A stretch of 64,000 bases of DNA from Eledone cirrhosa (taxonomy: Eukaryota). The stretch is from the NCBI GenBank assembly GCA_964016885.1, contig OZ024744.1, forward strand, positions 53,878,001-53,942,000. Direction: 5' to 3'. Under the pieces are notes generated by a model. That model saw only the letters and a program-made list of their open reading frames with translations. It ran no database searches and was not told the origin of the DNA. The translations under genes and the position numbers were made by a program. Within the stretch, counting starts at the first letter, position 1. Every line of letters starts with the position of its first letter. Positions 14,301 to 30,133 of this stretch are shown in pieces.

Positions 14301-17300
14301 GTATAACAGACAACACAATATTACATAGTACAACTACAATGTCAGATGTTAAAACAGACAACACAGTACAACTACAGTGTCAGATAGTACAACAGACAAC
14401 ACAGTATTACACAGTATTACACAGTACAACTAAAGTGTCAGATAGTACATCAGACAACACAGTATTACATAGTACAATTACAGTGTCAGATAGTACAACA
14501 GACAACACAGTATTATACAGTACGACTAGTGTCAGATAGTACATCAGACAAGAGAGTATTACACAATACAACTAGAGTTTTAGATAGTAAAACAGACAAC
14601 ACAATATTACACTGCATGACTCGTGTCAAATAGTACATCAGACCATACAGTATTACACAGTAGGACAAGTATCAGATGGTGCAACAGACAACACAGTATT
14701 CCACAGTACAACTACAGTGTCAGATAGTACAACAGACAACACAGTATTACACAGTACAACTACAATGTCAGATAGTACAAGACAACACAGTATTACACAG
14801 TACAACTATAATGTCATATAGTACAACAGAAAACACAGTATTACACAGTACAACTACAATGTCAGATAGTACAAGACAACACAGTATTACACAGTACAAC
14901 TAGAGTGTCAGATAGTCCAACAGACAAGACAGTATTACACAGTACAATTACAGTGTCAGATAGTACAACAGACAACACAGTATTACACAGTACATCTAGA
15001 GTATCAGATAGTACAACAGACAACACAGTATTACACAGTACAATGACAGTGTCATATCGTACAACAGACAACACAGTATTACACAGTACAACTAGAGTAT
15101 CAGATAGTACAACATACAACACAGTATTACACAGTATAACTACAGTGTCAGATAGTACACCAGACAACACAGTATTACACATTAAAACTAGAGTTTCAGA
15201 TAGTACAACAGACAACACAGTACTACACAGTACAATTACAGAGTCATATAGTACAACAGACAACACAGTATTACACAGTACACCTACAGTGTCATATAGT
15301 ACAACAGACAACACAGTATTACGCAGTACAACTACAGCATCAGATAGTACAACAGATAACACAGTATCACACAGTACAACTACAGTGTCAGATATTAGGA
15401 CAGGTAACACAGTATTACACAGTACAACTACAGTGTCAGATAGTACAACAGACAACGCAGTATTACACAGTAAAACTACACTGTCAGATAGTACAACAGA
15501 CACCACAGTATTACACAGTATTACACAGTACATCTAGTGTCATGTAGTACAACAGGCAACACAGTATTACACAGTAAAACTACAGTGTCAGATAGTACAA
15601 CAGACAACACAGTATTACACAGTACAACTACAGTGTCAGATAGTACAACAGACAATACAGTACAACTACAGTGCCAGATAGTACAACAGTCAACACAATA
15701 TTACACAGTACATCTAGTGTCAGGTAGTATAACAGGCAAGACACTATTACACAGTACAACTACAGTGTCAGATAATACAACAGACAACACAATACAACTA
15801 CAGTGTCATATAGTACAACAGACAATACAGTATTACACAGTACAACTACAGTGTCAGATAGTACAAAAGACAACACAGTATTACACAGTACAACTACAAT
15901 GTCAGATATTACAACAGACAATACAGTATTACACAGTACAACTACAGTGTCATATAGTACAACATACAACACAGTATTACACAGTACAACTCACTACAGT
16001 GTCAGATAGTACAACAGACAACACAGTATTACACAGTACAACTACAGTGTCAGATAGTACAACAGACAACACAGTATTACACAGTACAACTCACTACAGT
16101 GTCAGATAGTACAACAGACAACACAGCATTACACAGTACAAACACAGTGTCATATAGTACAACAGACAAGACAGTATTACACAGTACGACTAGTGTAAGA
16201 TAGTACAACAGACAACACAGTATTACACAGTACAACTACAGTGTCAGATAGTACAATAGACAACACAGTATTACACAGTACAACTACAGTGTCATATAGT
16301 ACAACAGACAACACAGCATTACACAGTACAAACACAGTGTCATATAGTACAACAGACAAGACAGTATTACACAGTACGACTAGTGTAAGATAGTACAACA
16401 GACAACACAGTATTACACAGTACAACTACAGTGTCAGATAGTACAATAGACAACACAGTATTACATAGTACAACTACAGTGTCAGATAGTACAACAGACA
16501 ACACAGTATTACACAGTACAGCTACAGTGTCATATAGTACAACAGGCAACACAGTATCAAACAGTACTACTACAGTGTCAGATAGTACAACATACAACAC
16601 AGTATTTCACACTACAACTCAAAAGAGTGTCAGATAGTACAACAGACAACACAGTATTACACAGTACATCTAGTGTCAGGTAGTACAACATACGACACAA
16701 TATTACACAGTACGACAGGTGTCAGATAGTACCACAGACAACACAGTATTACACAGTACAACTACAGTGTCACATAGTACAATAGTCAACCCAATATTAC
16801 ACAGTACGACTAGTGTCAGATAGTACATCAGACAAGACAGTAATACACACTACAACTAGAATGTTAGATAGTACAACAGACAACAATGCTTTTACACAGC
16901 ATGTCTCCTGTCAGATAGTACAACAGACAACACAGTATTACACAGTACAACTACATTGTCAGATACTACAAGATAACACAGTATTACACAGTACAACTAC
17001 AATGTCAAATAGTACAACAGAAAACACAGTATTACACAGTACAACTACAGTATCAGATAATACAACAGACAACACAGTATTACACAGCACAATTACAGTG
17101 TCAGATAGTACAACAGACAACACAGTATTACACAGTACATCTACAATGTCAGATACTACAAGATAACACAGTATTACACAGTACAACTACAATGTCAAAT
17201 AGTACAACAGAAAACACAGTATTACACAGTACAACTACTGTATCAGATAGTACAACAGACAACACAGTATTACACAGCACAATTACAGTGTCAGATAGTA

Positions 17301-18526
17301 CAACAGACAACACAGTATTACATAGTACAACTACAGTGTCATATAGTACAACAGACAACACAGTATTACACAGTACAACTACAATGTCAGATACTACAAG
17401 ACAACACAGTATTATACAGTACAACTACAATGTCAAATAGTACAACAGACAACACATTATTAAACAGTACAACTACATTTTCAGATAGTACAACAGGCAA
17501 CACAATATTACACATTACAACTACAGTGTCATATAGTACAACATAGAACACAGTATTACACACTACAACTAGGGTGCCAGGTATTATAACCGGTAACACA
17601 GTATTACACACTACAACTACAGTGTAAGATAGTGCAACAGACAACACAGTATTACACAGTACAAATACAGTGTCATATGGTACAACAGACAGCACAGTAT
17701 TACACAGTACAGCTACAATGTCAGATAGTACAGCAGACAACTCAGTATTACACAGTACAACTCACTACAGTATCAGATAGTACAACAGACAATACAGTAT
17801 TACAAAGTATAACTACAGTGCCAGATATTACAACATAAAACTCAGTATTACACAGTACAATTACAGTGTCAGATAGTACAACAGAAAACACAGTATTACA
17901 TAGTACAAGTACAGTGTCAGATAGTACAACAGACAACACAGTATTACATATTACAAGTGCAGTGTCAGATAGTACAACAGACAACACAGTATTACACAGT
18001 ACATCTAGTGTCAGGTAGTACAACATACAACACAATATTACACAGTACGACTAGTGTCAGATAGTACAACAGACAACACAGTATTACACAGTACGTCTAG
18101 TATCAGATAGTACAACAGACAACACATTATTACACGATACAAATACTGTGTCAAATAGTACAACAAACAACACTGTATTACACAGTACAACTACAATGTC
18201 AGATAGTACAACAAACAACACAGTATGACACAGTACAACTACAATGTCAGATAGTACGACAACACAGTATGAACAGTACAACTACAATGTCAGATAGTAC
18301 AACAAACAACACAGTATTACACAGTACAACTACAGTGTCAGATAGTACAACATACAATACAGTATGACACAGTACAACTACAATGTCAGATAGTACGACA
18401 ACACAGTATGAACAGTACAACTACAATGTCAGATAGTACATCAGACAACACAGTATGACACAGTACAACTACAATGTCAGATAGTACAACAGACAACACA
18501 GTATTACACACTACAGCTACAATGTC
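8398..18526. repeat. 48-bp satellite array 2 (about 10 kb)
   Basis: Same unit as array 1 with +4, -4 and shortened variants; contains an internal duplication of about 3.8-4.2 kb. Confidence 0.97.
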
Positions 18527-18529
18527 TTC

Positions 18530-18686
18530 AGGGATTCGATTATTGCTTTTATTAAAATCCAATTAGCTAGTCCTGTTCCTGAATATTAGCTTAACAAGTG
18601 TGTCAAGTTTCATCATGACCGGCTCACTGGTGTAGGGGCCAACAGCTTACACACAGACAGACAGAAATTTCCATTTATATAGTAGA
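18530..18686 (-). mobile_element. Probable 5' terminal fragment of a non-autonomous Helitron
   Basis: Minus strand starts A|TCTACTATATAAATGG followed by a TCTG/TG microsatellite, the same layout as the 5' end of the 6074-7032 Helitron. Confidence 0.5.
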
Positions 18687-18871
18687 TTTTGTCCTCTCCG
18701 AAAAAAATGCTACTGTAAATAAGCAGCGTGAGAAAGTGAATTTAAGTAACATATTCTGTCAGCTCTCGCAGGCAGTTACGTAACCATATTGAAACACGTG
18801 TAAGAGACCATATTGTGCAATCATTCTTTCTTCAATTTCGAATGGATTTTGCCCAGTTTTTACCTTCTATC

Positions 18872-19037
18872 TTGACAGTATCGTTAGAGGGTCGGACGCC
18901 TAGTGTTACGGTTCTTGCCATTCTGAGTTCAAATCCCGCCGAAGTTAACTTTGCCTTTCATCCTTACGGGGTCGATAAAATAAAGTACCAGTAATGAACT
19001 GGGTAATTGCTGGCCTGTACCAAGAGTAGAAACAATT
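18872..19037 (+). mobile_element. Octopus-type tRNA-derived SINE
   Basis: GAGTTCAAATCCCGCC B-box and CTTTCATCCTTACGGGGTCGATAAAATAAAGTACCAG body, shared with copies at 31988, 44040 and 53995. Confidence 0.85.
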
Positions 19038-19047
19038 ATATATAATT

Positions 19048-19132
<85 letters not shown>

Positions 19133-20330
19133 TATGACAAGGCCCTAGCAGAATCTGGTTACGGTAGTAGATTATAATATATACATAAGGACTCCCAAAC
19201 CATGAGCGTGAAACCTACCAACATAATCACATATGGCCACAAAGCCTAACCAACTTAGAGGCAAGAATAATAGTAAGAACCCTAATGGCGGTAACCCAGC
19301 TAAATGTAAACGACGTAAAGACAATACTAGAGTCCCTCACCACAACTGTAAAACAGTAAATGATCACGCCATGAATATAAACCATCCGGGCTTAAGCAAA
19401 ACAGACAACGCCACTAACGTTAATAACGGAACCCTACAAAATATTACGCACAGTTGCGAGATTCACCCCACAGATAAGAAAAATAGAAGAAGGAAAAACA
19501 TGTATTTTAACCCACCTTTTAACTCTGAGGTCCTCACTAACCTCCCCAGAGTATTCTTCTCATTATTGGAAAAAAGACTTCCCACCAGGCAATAGATATC
19601 ACAACATAATTAACAAAAACGTAATTAAATTTTACCTATTCGACCACACCTAACCTCGCATCACACCTAGCACGCACGAACATTAGGAAAACTAGGGAAG
19701 GTTTCGAAGCAATTAAAATGGCAGTTAACCACCAGCAACCGACTACACTGGAAAATGGGCAACATAATAGCATCAATGAGCCATCTAATGATATAGAGGC
19801 ACCTAGTGATAATGCTAGTAACCAAACTTCGGGAGGTACGCTAACTAATCGAACCCGCAGTTGCAATTGTAGGCGGAGTAGTAATTGTCCCCTAAGGGGG
19901 GATTGCCTCATGAAAAACATCGTATATGCATGTGACGTAACCACACACAACTCTACCAAAACATATATAGGAGCAACGTCCAATACATTTAAAACTAGAT
20001 TTAACGCGCATATGTACACATTTAGACACAATAGACATAAGAATGCCACCTCACTGGCGTTATAGATCTCCTTTTTAAAAAATAATAGTACCCCATACAA
20101 ACTTTTTTGGAGGAAGCTTACTAGATCCACGCCATACCGACCGCAGAGCGGAAGTTGTGACCTGTGTTTACTGGAATGCCATGCCATAATACACTCTAAA
20201 CTGAACCTGCTTAACAGGAAATCGGAAATTTTCTCCTCTTGCCAACACAAAATCCTGAGTTCCTTCTTTTATTTTAAACCTAACACATAGACGTAACATA
20301 TATCACGCAACCCCCACCTAGACTATAGCC
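19133..20330 (+). mobile_element. 5'-truncated Penelope-like element (thumb, linker, GIY-YIG endonuclease)
   Basis: YFNPPF, CNC-x5-CPL-x-G-x-C linker, NIVY...YIG, FKTRFNAH, CDLCLLE, LLNRKSE; stops and a frameshift present. Confidence 0.88.
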
Positions 20331-21036
20331 CCCCCCCCCCCCCCGCCCCCCCAACCCGTAACCCAGATAGATAGGTACCCTAAGGGTGGTACAGTCCCCT
20401 ACAAGGTTGGTGTTTTTGCGTGTGTGTGTATGTGTGTGTATGTGTGGGTGTGTGTGTGTGTATTCTCCTTTTCTCTCTCTCACACACAGACATATGTATG
20501 TGTGTGTGCGTGCGTGTGTGCATGCATGCATGTGTGCGTGCATTGTATGCATGTATATTGTATATATATATATATATATGTATATTGTATGCATGCGTAT
20601 TATATTGTGTGTATGTGTATATGTGACATGTATGTGAATATATGTATGCGTATGTGTGTGTATGTGTATGTGTGAGTGTATGATGTGTGTATATATGTGA
20701 ATATGTATGTATACTTTTCTGTAGAAATCCTCTCTATATGTGGTGTGTGGCATGAATTCCTCCTTAATACTCCTCTTTGAGAGGAGCACGATATGTGGAG
20801 TAACACATATGTATTGTCGAAGTTGAAATTGAGAACCACCACCCCTCCTGCTGACCCAAATGTTTACTGAGGACCAGAACACAATTCTCCTCAATATAAG
20901 AGAGAAATGCGCTTGCCGGACTATTGATGACCATAACATCACATTCCAAGGTAATGGCAAAACACAGTGAATGCTATGCACGACCAGAACACCACAACAT
21001 GCACATCTGAGCAACACAGATATAATATCAATAGGC

Positions 21037-21361
21037 GAATCAACTGATTTTTTTGAGTTGAAATGCATATGGATATGTGTCTGTGTGTATCGGACACACG
21101 TACACATAAAGAAGCTGCTGACCTAAATGTACCTGTCATGCCTGTCTGAATTCCTAAGGGAATTTTCGGCCAGTTGCTGTCTTGACCGATTGTAGTACCA
21201 GTGGGTGAATCAATTGAGTTTTTTGAGTTGAAATACATATAAATGTGTGTCTGTGTGTGTCGGACACACGTACACATAAAGAAGCTGCTGACCTAAATGT
21301 GCCTGTCATGCCTGTCTGAATTCCTAAGAGAATGTTCGGTCAGTTGCTGACTTGACCGATT
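21037..21361. repeat. Two-copy 170-bp direct repeat
   Basis: GAATCAA..TCGGACACACGTACACATAAAGAAGCTGCTGACCTAAATGT..CTTGACCGATT starts at 21037 and 21207. Confidence 0.9.
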
Positions 21362-22569
21362 AACCCCACAATTACTACGTAGCGGTTCTTGCACGTGACT
21401 GCTGGACCCGGATGAAACGAAGACGAAGAATTTCCTTGCGTACCGTTTTGTACCACAGATGCGATCTCACCCTGCCTCGTTAATGTTCTATCGACACCAA
21501 AGTTCAACGTTCGGGCTAATAGAATTGAATCTAACCACCAACAACATAGCTGGATGACCGATAATCACACCAAACCGGAGTACTGTAATCCTTGTGATTT
21601 CGAGATATACAACGACTGACATTGTTACGAAGACCAGAAAACCATACTCCATAATATTGAACCAAGTGATTGATTTGTGCGAGCAAAATAACACCACACA
21701 CATATTGAACTAGGAATATTGGATCCTCCGTCAATGTCCGGGTGAGCAAAAATAGATTTCTATCTGCATTAGAATTTACGAACTTGTGCATCTGCTGTGG
21801 TGTCAAAAACAAACGCGCATGACCGCACAGATAAACAATGGACTATGCCACGTGGCTTGAACCTGTAAGTGAATTGAAGGTTCTGTAGCTCTGATACACA
21901 GATTATTTATTATTAAGATGTATAAACTTGACATAACTATTATCATCTTATATTCTCTCAACTAATCACATTTGATCATATTTCTCTATCCCGTTTTCTC
22001 CCCCCATAATTATAATATTTTTTTTTTTATTTGAAAAAATTGGTTTTTTTACATTGTGTTTTCCCCTCCAAATATTCGCTTATATTTCTTTATATATTCT
22101 CTATATATTTTTTTACATATATATTTTTTCATCTTTATTATTTCCACTTCTATCCTCCTTTATATTTTACCTTATTCTTACTTTTATACCTTATTATAGT
22201 GTAATCTTCCCCATGCCTTATTATACATTATTAATTATAGATTATTATTATTACTCTTTTTCCATTTCTAATTACCTCATGTACCTTCTCCTCCGTTATA
22301 TATATATATATATTGTATGCCCTTTGTGTTTGTATAGCCTCTGCACACCCTCTGCACCATACTATCGACGCCACTCCATCTATGGTTCAGCTAACCACTC
22401 GACTCCCGGGAATGAATATGACCGCAGCTAGTAAACAAGGACCCACACCCCACCCTCCCGCACCAAAATTAGACTTATCGTCCCCTACTTTTGCTCTTTA
22501 CTCTCTTTACTCTTTGTTCTTGAATGTTTGGTTGGTATAGTCCATAACACCAATCAAACCCCTTTTATA

Positions 22570-22614
22570 GCTCTGACGAATCCTACGGTTACGTAAGGAA
22601 GAAACATTGTAAGC
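22570..22614 (+). ncRNA. Minimal type I hammerhead ribozyme motif, partly decayed
   Basis: GCU-CUGACGA-stem II (UCCUAC/GUAAGGA)-GAAAC-AUU-GUA-AGC; stem II closing pair mismatched. Confidence 0.55.
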
Positions 22615-23723
22615 CAATCAAAATCTTTTGATGTTGTAGACGCTCTTGTGTTCTTTATCATATATATATATATATTAACAAAGGTGTGGTAAGAAACCAG
22701 GTGGGCCATAACGCATCAGGAACTTTCTTACAGCACTACACCCAACTTTGCACAAAACATTGCTTCATCTAACAACAAAAAGTTCCTCTCTTACAAAACA
22801 AACATCAACGATAGTAGTGGCGAGCAAACTAGGACGTGTAACTGTCTGGATAGATTAGTATTAATATCTATATGGTTTGCTCTTTAGCGAAGTGTTAAAC
22901 CTGGCATACTTACGATCACTCTAACAACCCTCCTTAATTCTCATATGCTGAACTTACTTTCTTACCTCAATTAGAGATAGTTGTAAAGATTTCTCTCTTA
23001 ACGATTGACCGGCTGGGCACCCACAGGTCGGAATGTCATCTTACTCCCTCCTCTTTGTTGTACAGGACAGTTCAGCCACCACCAGCCCCAAATCATTGAC
23101 CACTCCCCCTGACAGACAAGAAAAACAACAAACATTTAGGATTGTTTGATTTGATACTTCTGCATTTTTTGTTTTGACTGCTTGCGCATATATGGACTGT
23201 ATCCCTTGTTAAGTTCAGCTAGGTCCCTGCTGTCCTAACACTGCTGGATTACTTCAGATCTAGCTGTCGAAAAGGCCGGAGCTCAGCTATCGGGGTCCTG
23301 ACTCTTTTCCTATATATATATATTATATATATATTATATATATATATGAATAAAGTTAGTCCTTCATCAGTGATCTTCCAACCATCATTGGTATTTCATC
23401 GCTTTAAAGACCATATACCTCCAGTTGGTGCGAGCAACGGCTAAAAAAAGTCGTTGGGATACGTAAATAAGGGGAACGAGCGAGAATGTAAACAAACAAG
23501 ATGGTAAAGCAACGAAAAGTAAGGAAGAAAGAGTCAAGTCCCAGATTTCCATGAATATAAGTTCGGTGAAATCGTGAACGAGAGAGAATAAAGACCATCA
23601 AACCTAGTCGATATGTGAGCAAGGAAGGAATTCCGCACAGGTCAAACGGGAGGAAGAAGGAGTCTAGTCCTTGAATTCGGTGAACATAAGTTCTGTGAAA
23701 TCGTAGACAAGAGAGAAAAAAAG

Positions 23724-23766
<43 letters not shown>

Positions 23767-23892
23767 GTAGGACGTGAGTTTTAATGTAGTACAATAAAGC
23801 AATGCAGATATCGGATAAGAAGCATTCTACAGTTTGTAGGACTGGCGTATACATAATATATAAGATCAAAAGATGGTTAAAAGAGTTCCATG

Positions 23893-23963
23893 TATTTTAT
23901 TATGCGCATTTCAAAAACAAATATCATCATGCAATAATATTTGTGTTTTCATCAGATAAAATA
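23893..23963 (-). ncRNA. Type I hammerhead ribozyme (left-arm copy)
   Basis: Reverse complement of the motif at 26791-26861. Confidence 0.85.
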
Positions 23964-26790
23964 GGAAGACATGATATGAAGGTTAAAAAACACTTGTGAA
24001 TAGTGCAGTTTTAAATCAACATATGAAAAGTAGTTTAAGATTGATGTGTGATATTGGGCCAAAAAATTTTTTTTTGGGGGGGAGAGGTTGGAAAGGATGA
24101 AAAAGAGGAGGAGATGAGAGTAAAAAGTGGAGGGGGAGGAGTAGAATGAGGAAGGATGAGATAGGAGGAGAGATGGGTGATAGAGAGAGAGAGATAGCTT
24201 TTATAACTGAGAAAAATATATTGTTTTACATAGAGAGGTTGAAAAACCGTTAGAAGATAATGTATAAATTAAAAGAATTTGAAAATTAACGAAGGGAAAA
24301 ATAATGTGAAGTTAAGGTTTGTATATTGAAGGGTTTAATAATATGTGCGATGAAAAGAAAATGTTAATATGTATTAAGAATAATATTTAAGGGTTTAATA
24401 ATATGTGCGATGGAAAGAAAATGTTAATATGTATTAAGAATAATATTTAAGGGTTTAATAATATGTGCGATGGAAAGAAAATATTAATATGTATTAAGAA
24501 TAATATTTAAGGGTTTAATAATATGTGCGATGGAAAGAAAATGTTGATATGTATTATTAAAAAAACACAAGTAATGTAAGTAAGGATATATTGTGAGATG
24601 AGCATGAATAAGTTAGATGAAAGGGAGAAAAAAATTATGAATTGAGGATGAATAATCTAACGTCAAAAAAATGTGTTTATGTTTACGAAGGATTTTTTCA
24701 AGGTGATATAAGGTAAGAATATATTGTGTTGTGTAATAATTGTTTCTATGTTAGGCACAGTGAGAAAAGGTACAGATTAGGGGTTAGAAATTAAAAGAAA
24801 AAGAAAAGAAAAGGAAAAGGAAGAAAGGGAAGTGATAAATAGGAGTGATATAGAATGAGTAACAAGTATTATATAATGTATAATAAATAACTTTGAAATA
24901 TGGTAGAAAGATGGGTATATTTTTAAAGAAGTATATATATATGTGCCTTTGAGAAAAGGATTCTAAATTGATAAAGTAATGGATATTAGCTGTATACTTT
25001 ATGGAATGTTCTGTGGAATTTATGCAAGCAGAGAGAAAACAAGTCAGTGCGCCTATTTATTAAAGAATCTAAATTAGATATAATGGTAAATTTTTCATTT
25101 AGACAGAGATTGCAATTGCGATTAGAGAGATTATTAACGAGTGACCTAGTGTTATCTATAGAAGGAATTGGATTGGAGAAGTTATTTGCGATAGGAATAA
25201 TAGTTTCTTGATTTAGAATGGGATTAATTCCTTCTATAGATAACACTAGGTCACTCGTTAATAATCTCTCTAATCGCAATTGCAATTGCCCTGTTAAAAA
25301 TAAATGTCCTCTCAACAACCATTGTCTTGATAAAAACTTAATCTACGAATGTAAAGTTATAACTGACATCAATTCCTTCACCTAGTTTAGCTCCACTTCC
25401 ACCTCCTTTAAAGCTCGTCTTTATAATCATCATTCGTCTTTTAAATACCAACTTAAAAGAACCAACACGGCTCTCTCAGAACTCATATGGTCCTTGAAAG
25501 ACAAAAATATTAAATATAACATCTCTTGGAAAAAGGTTTCTTCTGCTTCTCATACTTGAACAGTTCTCTATCCAAGACTTGCAATCTGTCTAAATGAAAA
25601 ATTTACCATTATATCTAATTTAGATTCTATAATAAATAGACGCACTGACTTGTTTTCTCTCTGCTTGCATAAATTCCACAAAACATTCTATAAAGTATAC
25701 AGCTAATATCCATTACTTTATCAATTTAGAATCCTTTTCTCAAAGGCACATATATATATATATACTTCTTTAAAAATATACCCATCTTTCTACCTTATTT
25801 CAAAGTTATTTATTATACATTATATAATACTTGTTACTCATTCTATATCACTCCTATTTATCACTTCCCTTTCTTCCTTTTCCTTTTCTTTTCTTTTTCT
25901 TTTAATTTCTAACCCCTAATCTGTACCTTTTCTCACTGTGCCTAACATAGAAACAATTATTACACAATACAATATATTCTTACCTTATATCACCTTGAAA
26001 AAATCCTTCGTAAACATAAACACATTTTTTTGACGTTAGATTATTCATCCTCAATTCATAATTTTTTTCTCCCTTTCATCTAACTTATTCATGCTCATCT
26101 CACAATATATCCTTACTTACATTACTTTTGTTTTTTTAATAATACATATCAACATTTTCTTTCCATCGCACATATTATTAAACCCTTAAATATTATTCTT
26201 AATACATATTAACATTTTCTTTTCATCGCACATATTATTAAACCCTTAAATATTATTCTTAATACATATTAACATTTTCTTTCCATCGCACATATTATTA
26301 AACCCTTAAATATTATTCTTAATACATATTAACATTTTCTTTCCATCGCACATGTTATTAAACCCTTAAATATTTTTCTTAATACATATTAACAATTTCT
26401 TTTCATCGCACATATTATTAAACCCTTCAATATACAAACCTTAACTTTACATTATTTTTCTCTTCGTTAATTTTCAAATTCTTTTAATTTATACATTATC
26501 TTCCAACGGTTTTTCAACCTCTCTATGTAAAACAATATATTTTTCTCAGTTTTAAAAGCTATCTCTCTCTCTCTATCACCCATCTCTCCTCCTATCTCAT
26601 CCTTCCTCATTATACTCCTCCCCCTCCACTTTTTACTCTCATCTCCTCCTCTTTTTCATCCTTTCCAACCTCACCGCCCCCTCAAAAAAATGTTTTTCCC
26701 AATATCACATCAATCTAAAACTACTTTTCATATGTTGATTTAAAACTGCACTATTCACAAGTGTATTTTAACCTTCATATCATGTTTTCC

Positions 26791-26861
26791 TATTTTATCT
26801 GATGAAAACACAAATATTATTGCATGATGATATTTGTTTTTGAAATGCGCATAATAAAATA
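26791..26861 (+). ncRNA. Type I hammerhead ribozyme (right-arm copy)
   Basis: Stem I UAUUUUAU/AUAAAAUA, CUGAUGA, long stem II ACAAAUAUUAU/AUGAUAUUUGU, GAAA, palindromic stem III AUGCGCAU, AUA triplet; predicted cut after 26853. Confidence 0.85.
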
Positions 26862-26917
26862 CATGGAACTCTTTTAACCATCTTTTGATCTTATATATTA
26901 TATATATATATATATAA

Positions 26918-26951
<34 letters not shown>

Positions 26952-26974
26952 TATATTATATATATATATTATAT

Positions 26975-27069
<95 letters not shown>

Positions 27070-27129
27070 CATATATATGTGTGTGTGTGTCTGTAAGTAT
27101 GTGTGTGTGTGCGTGTGTGAGTGTTAACT

Positions 27130-28195
<1,066 letters not shown>

Positions 28196-28634
28196 GTTGC
28201 GGATAGGGCAATGGCTAGCGTGCATTCTGGTCACTCTTCCCTACATGCCTGAGTCGTGGATGTCCTGGGTGTCCTTTTGCACCACAGATCACAGGCCTCG
28301 CGGCCTTTGGACTGAACAGAGTGTGATTTACCACCTTGGATCCTGTTTCCCTCATGACTCACCTCATCTCCGCAATTTCTTTAATATCCCGTCCATTATC
28401 ACATGCGCTTGTACATTCACCCCTAGATACCTATGGTTGTCTTATGGTCAGAAACATATACTCTTACAGCTAATACAGACCAACAAAATACGCACACTAC
28501 ACTTTTTCTTTCACAGCTCTGTATACACACATACACACCCTTATATTAATACACTTTTGCTCATAGATTCGTACTTACACACTCTTTTACTTACATATAC
28601 ACAAACATATATTCTTAGCTTCGTACGGACGTAT

Positions 28635-28781
<147 letters not shown>

Positions 28782-28890
28782 TAACAGTTTAAAGTTTAAG
28801 CAAAGAATCGCTGCTTTCACCCTTAACGGGATCTTCTGAAACTAAAAAAATCAATCACAAATATCACATATTAATATATATATATATATA

Positions 28891-30133
28891 TGAAGATGAG
28901 CTAAAATGATGGGCTGATTATGAGGGAGTGGAGCTAGAGCGATGTAATCTTGCATGATTAAAATTTCAATTCTTATTATTAATAACTGTATTGCCTCTTT
29001 AAAGGGAAACTTCCAGCTGACTGTCCAAAGAAGACTTCAAAATTAACTATTAGCGACTTCTTGAGAAAATGGACAAAATTTGACCACGTGTTACTATCAA
29101 GTACCGGCAGGAAGAACTTTTAGTACCAAGGATATTCATGCTGACATAGTTGCTGCATTAAGGGATGACACTTCAGCTTTATCAATAGTGCAATAGTGGC
29201 TCAGTGAATTTTTTGGGGGAAGGGATAGTCTTGAAGATGTCCCAAGATATGGACGTCCTGCAACTGCCACCTACGAGAAAAATATTGATCGTGTTTGTCA
29301 CAAGGCGATTGACTATAAATCAAATAACCAATGCAATTAGCATATCCCATGCGATAATTGAAAATATTCTGCACAATGAACTTGGTATGACAAAGGTTTC
29401 TGTCCGGTGGATGGTACGTCTTCAGACACCTGCTCAAAAGCGCACCATGCTGACCACATCACGGGAAAGTCTAACATTATGTTGGGGCCACTGCAGGATG
29501 AGATTGGTTCATCATTTTGACAATCAAAGAGACAATCCATCTAGTGGAAATACCACTCCTCAACTCCTCCAACGTATGTCAAGGGGTGTTTCATCTGCAG
29601 GGGTGGTGATTTCTTCAGTTCTATGGGATGCAAAAGGAATTGTGTTTATTAACTATCTTCAAAAGGGCCACACCATCAATGGAGCGTACAATGCCAAAAT
29701 GTTTAGGCAGTTACGAACGGCTACCAAAACCAAACGCCCAGGAAAACTGACGAAAATGGTCTGGATTCATCAGGACAATGCTCCAGTACACACATCCTTC
29801 GTTTCAATGGCTGGTGAGCGTGACTATCGCTGTGAACCGGTTGATCAACTATCACTCTTCTCTTGATGTTGCCCCATCTGACTATCATCTGTTCCCAAAC
29901 ATGGAAAACCACTTGACAGGGAACTAATATCGTAATTGATGATGATGCCATATCTACTGTTGATGACATTTTTTTACCAACATAATGAAAGCATCTTCAT
30001 AAATGGGATTCAAACAGTGCAACACCGATGGAAGAAGTGTGTGGACCGCAAGGGGGACTATGTTGAAAAATAAATCCCATTTGATCGCATGAGAGTATTT
30101 TGGACAACCTATGAACCTTTTAGCTGACTATAG
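28891..30133 (+). mobile_element. Decayed mariner DNA transposon; transposase pseudogene at about 29069-30073
   Basis: WMVRLQT (WVPRLLT), LWDAKGIV, HQDNAPVH, APSDYHLFP, RWKKCVDRKGDYVEK*; about 1.25 kb, eroded TIRs (AGCTAAAA / TTTTAGCT), TA at both ends. Confidence 0.92.

Larger units (their letters stand above)
23853..26901. mobile_element. Head-to-head inverted pair of PLE 3' fragments (3-kb fold-back)
   Basis: 23853-25169 is the reverse complement of 25226-26901 apart from indels. Right arm encodes CNCPVKNKCPLNNHCL, NLIYEC, FKARLYNH, CLNEK (GIY-YIG region). A 60-bp tandem has about 3.8 copies on the left and 4.8 on the right. Confidence 0.92.
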
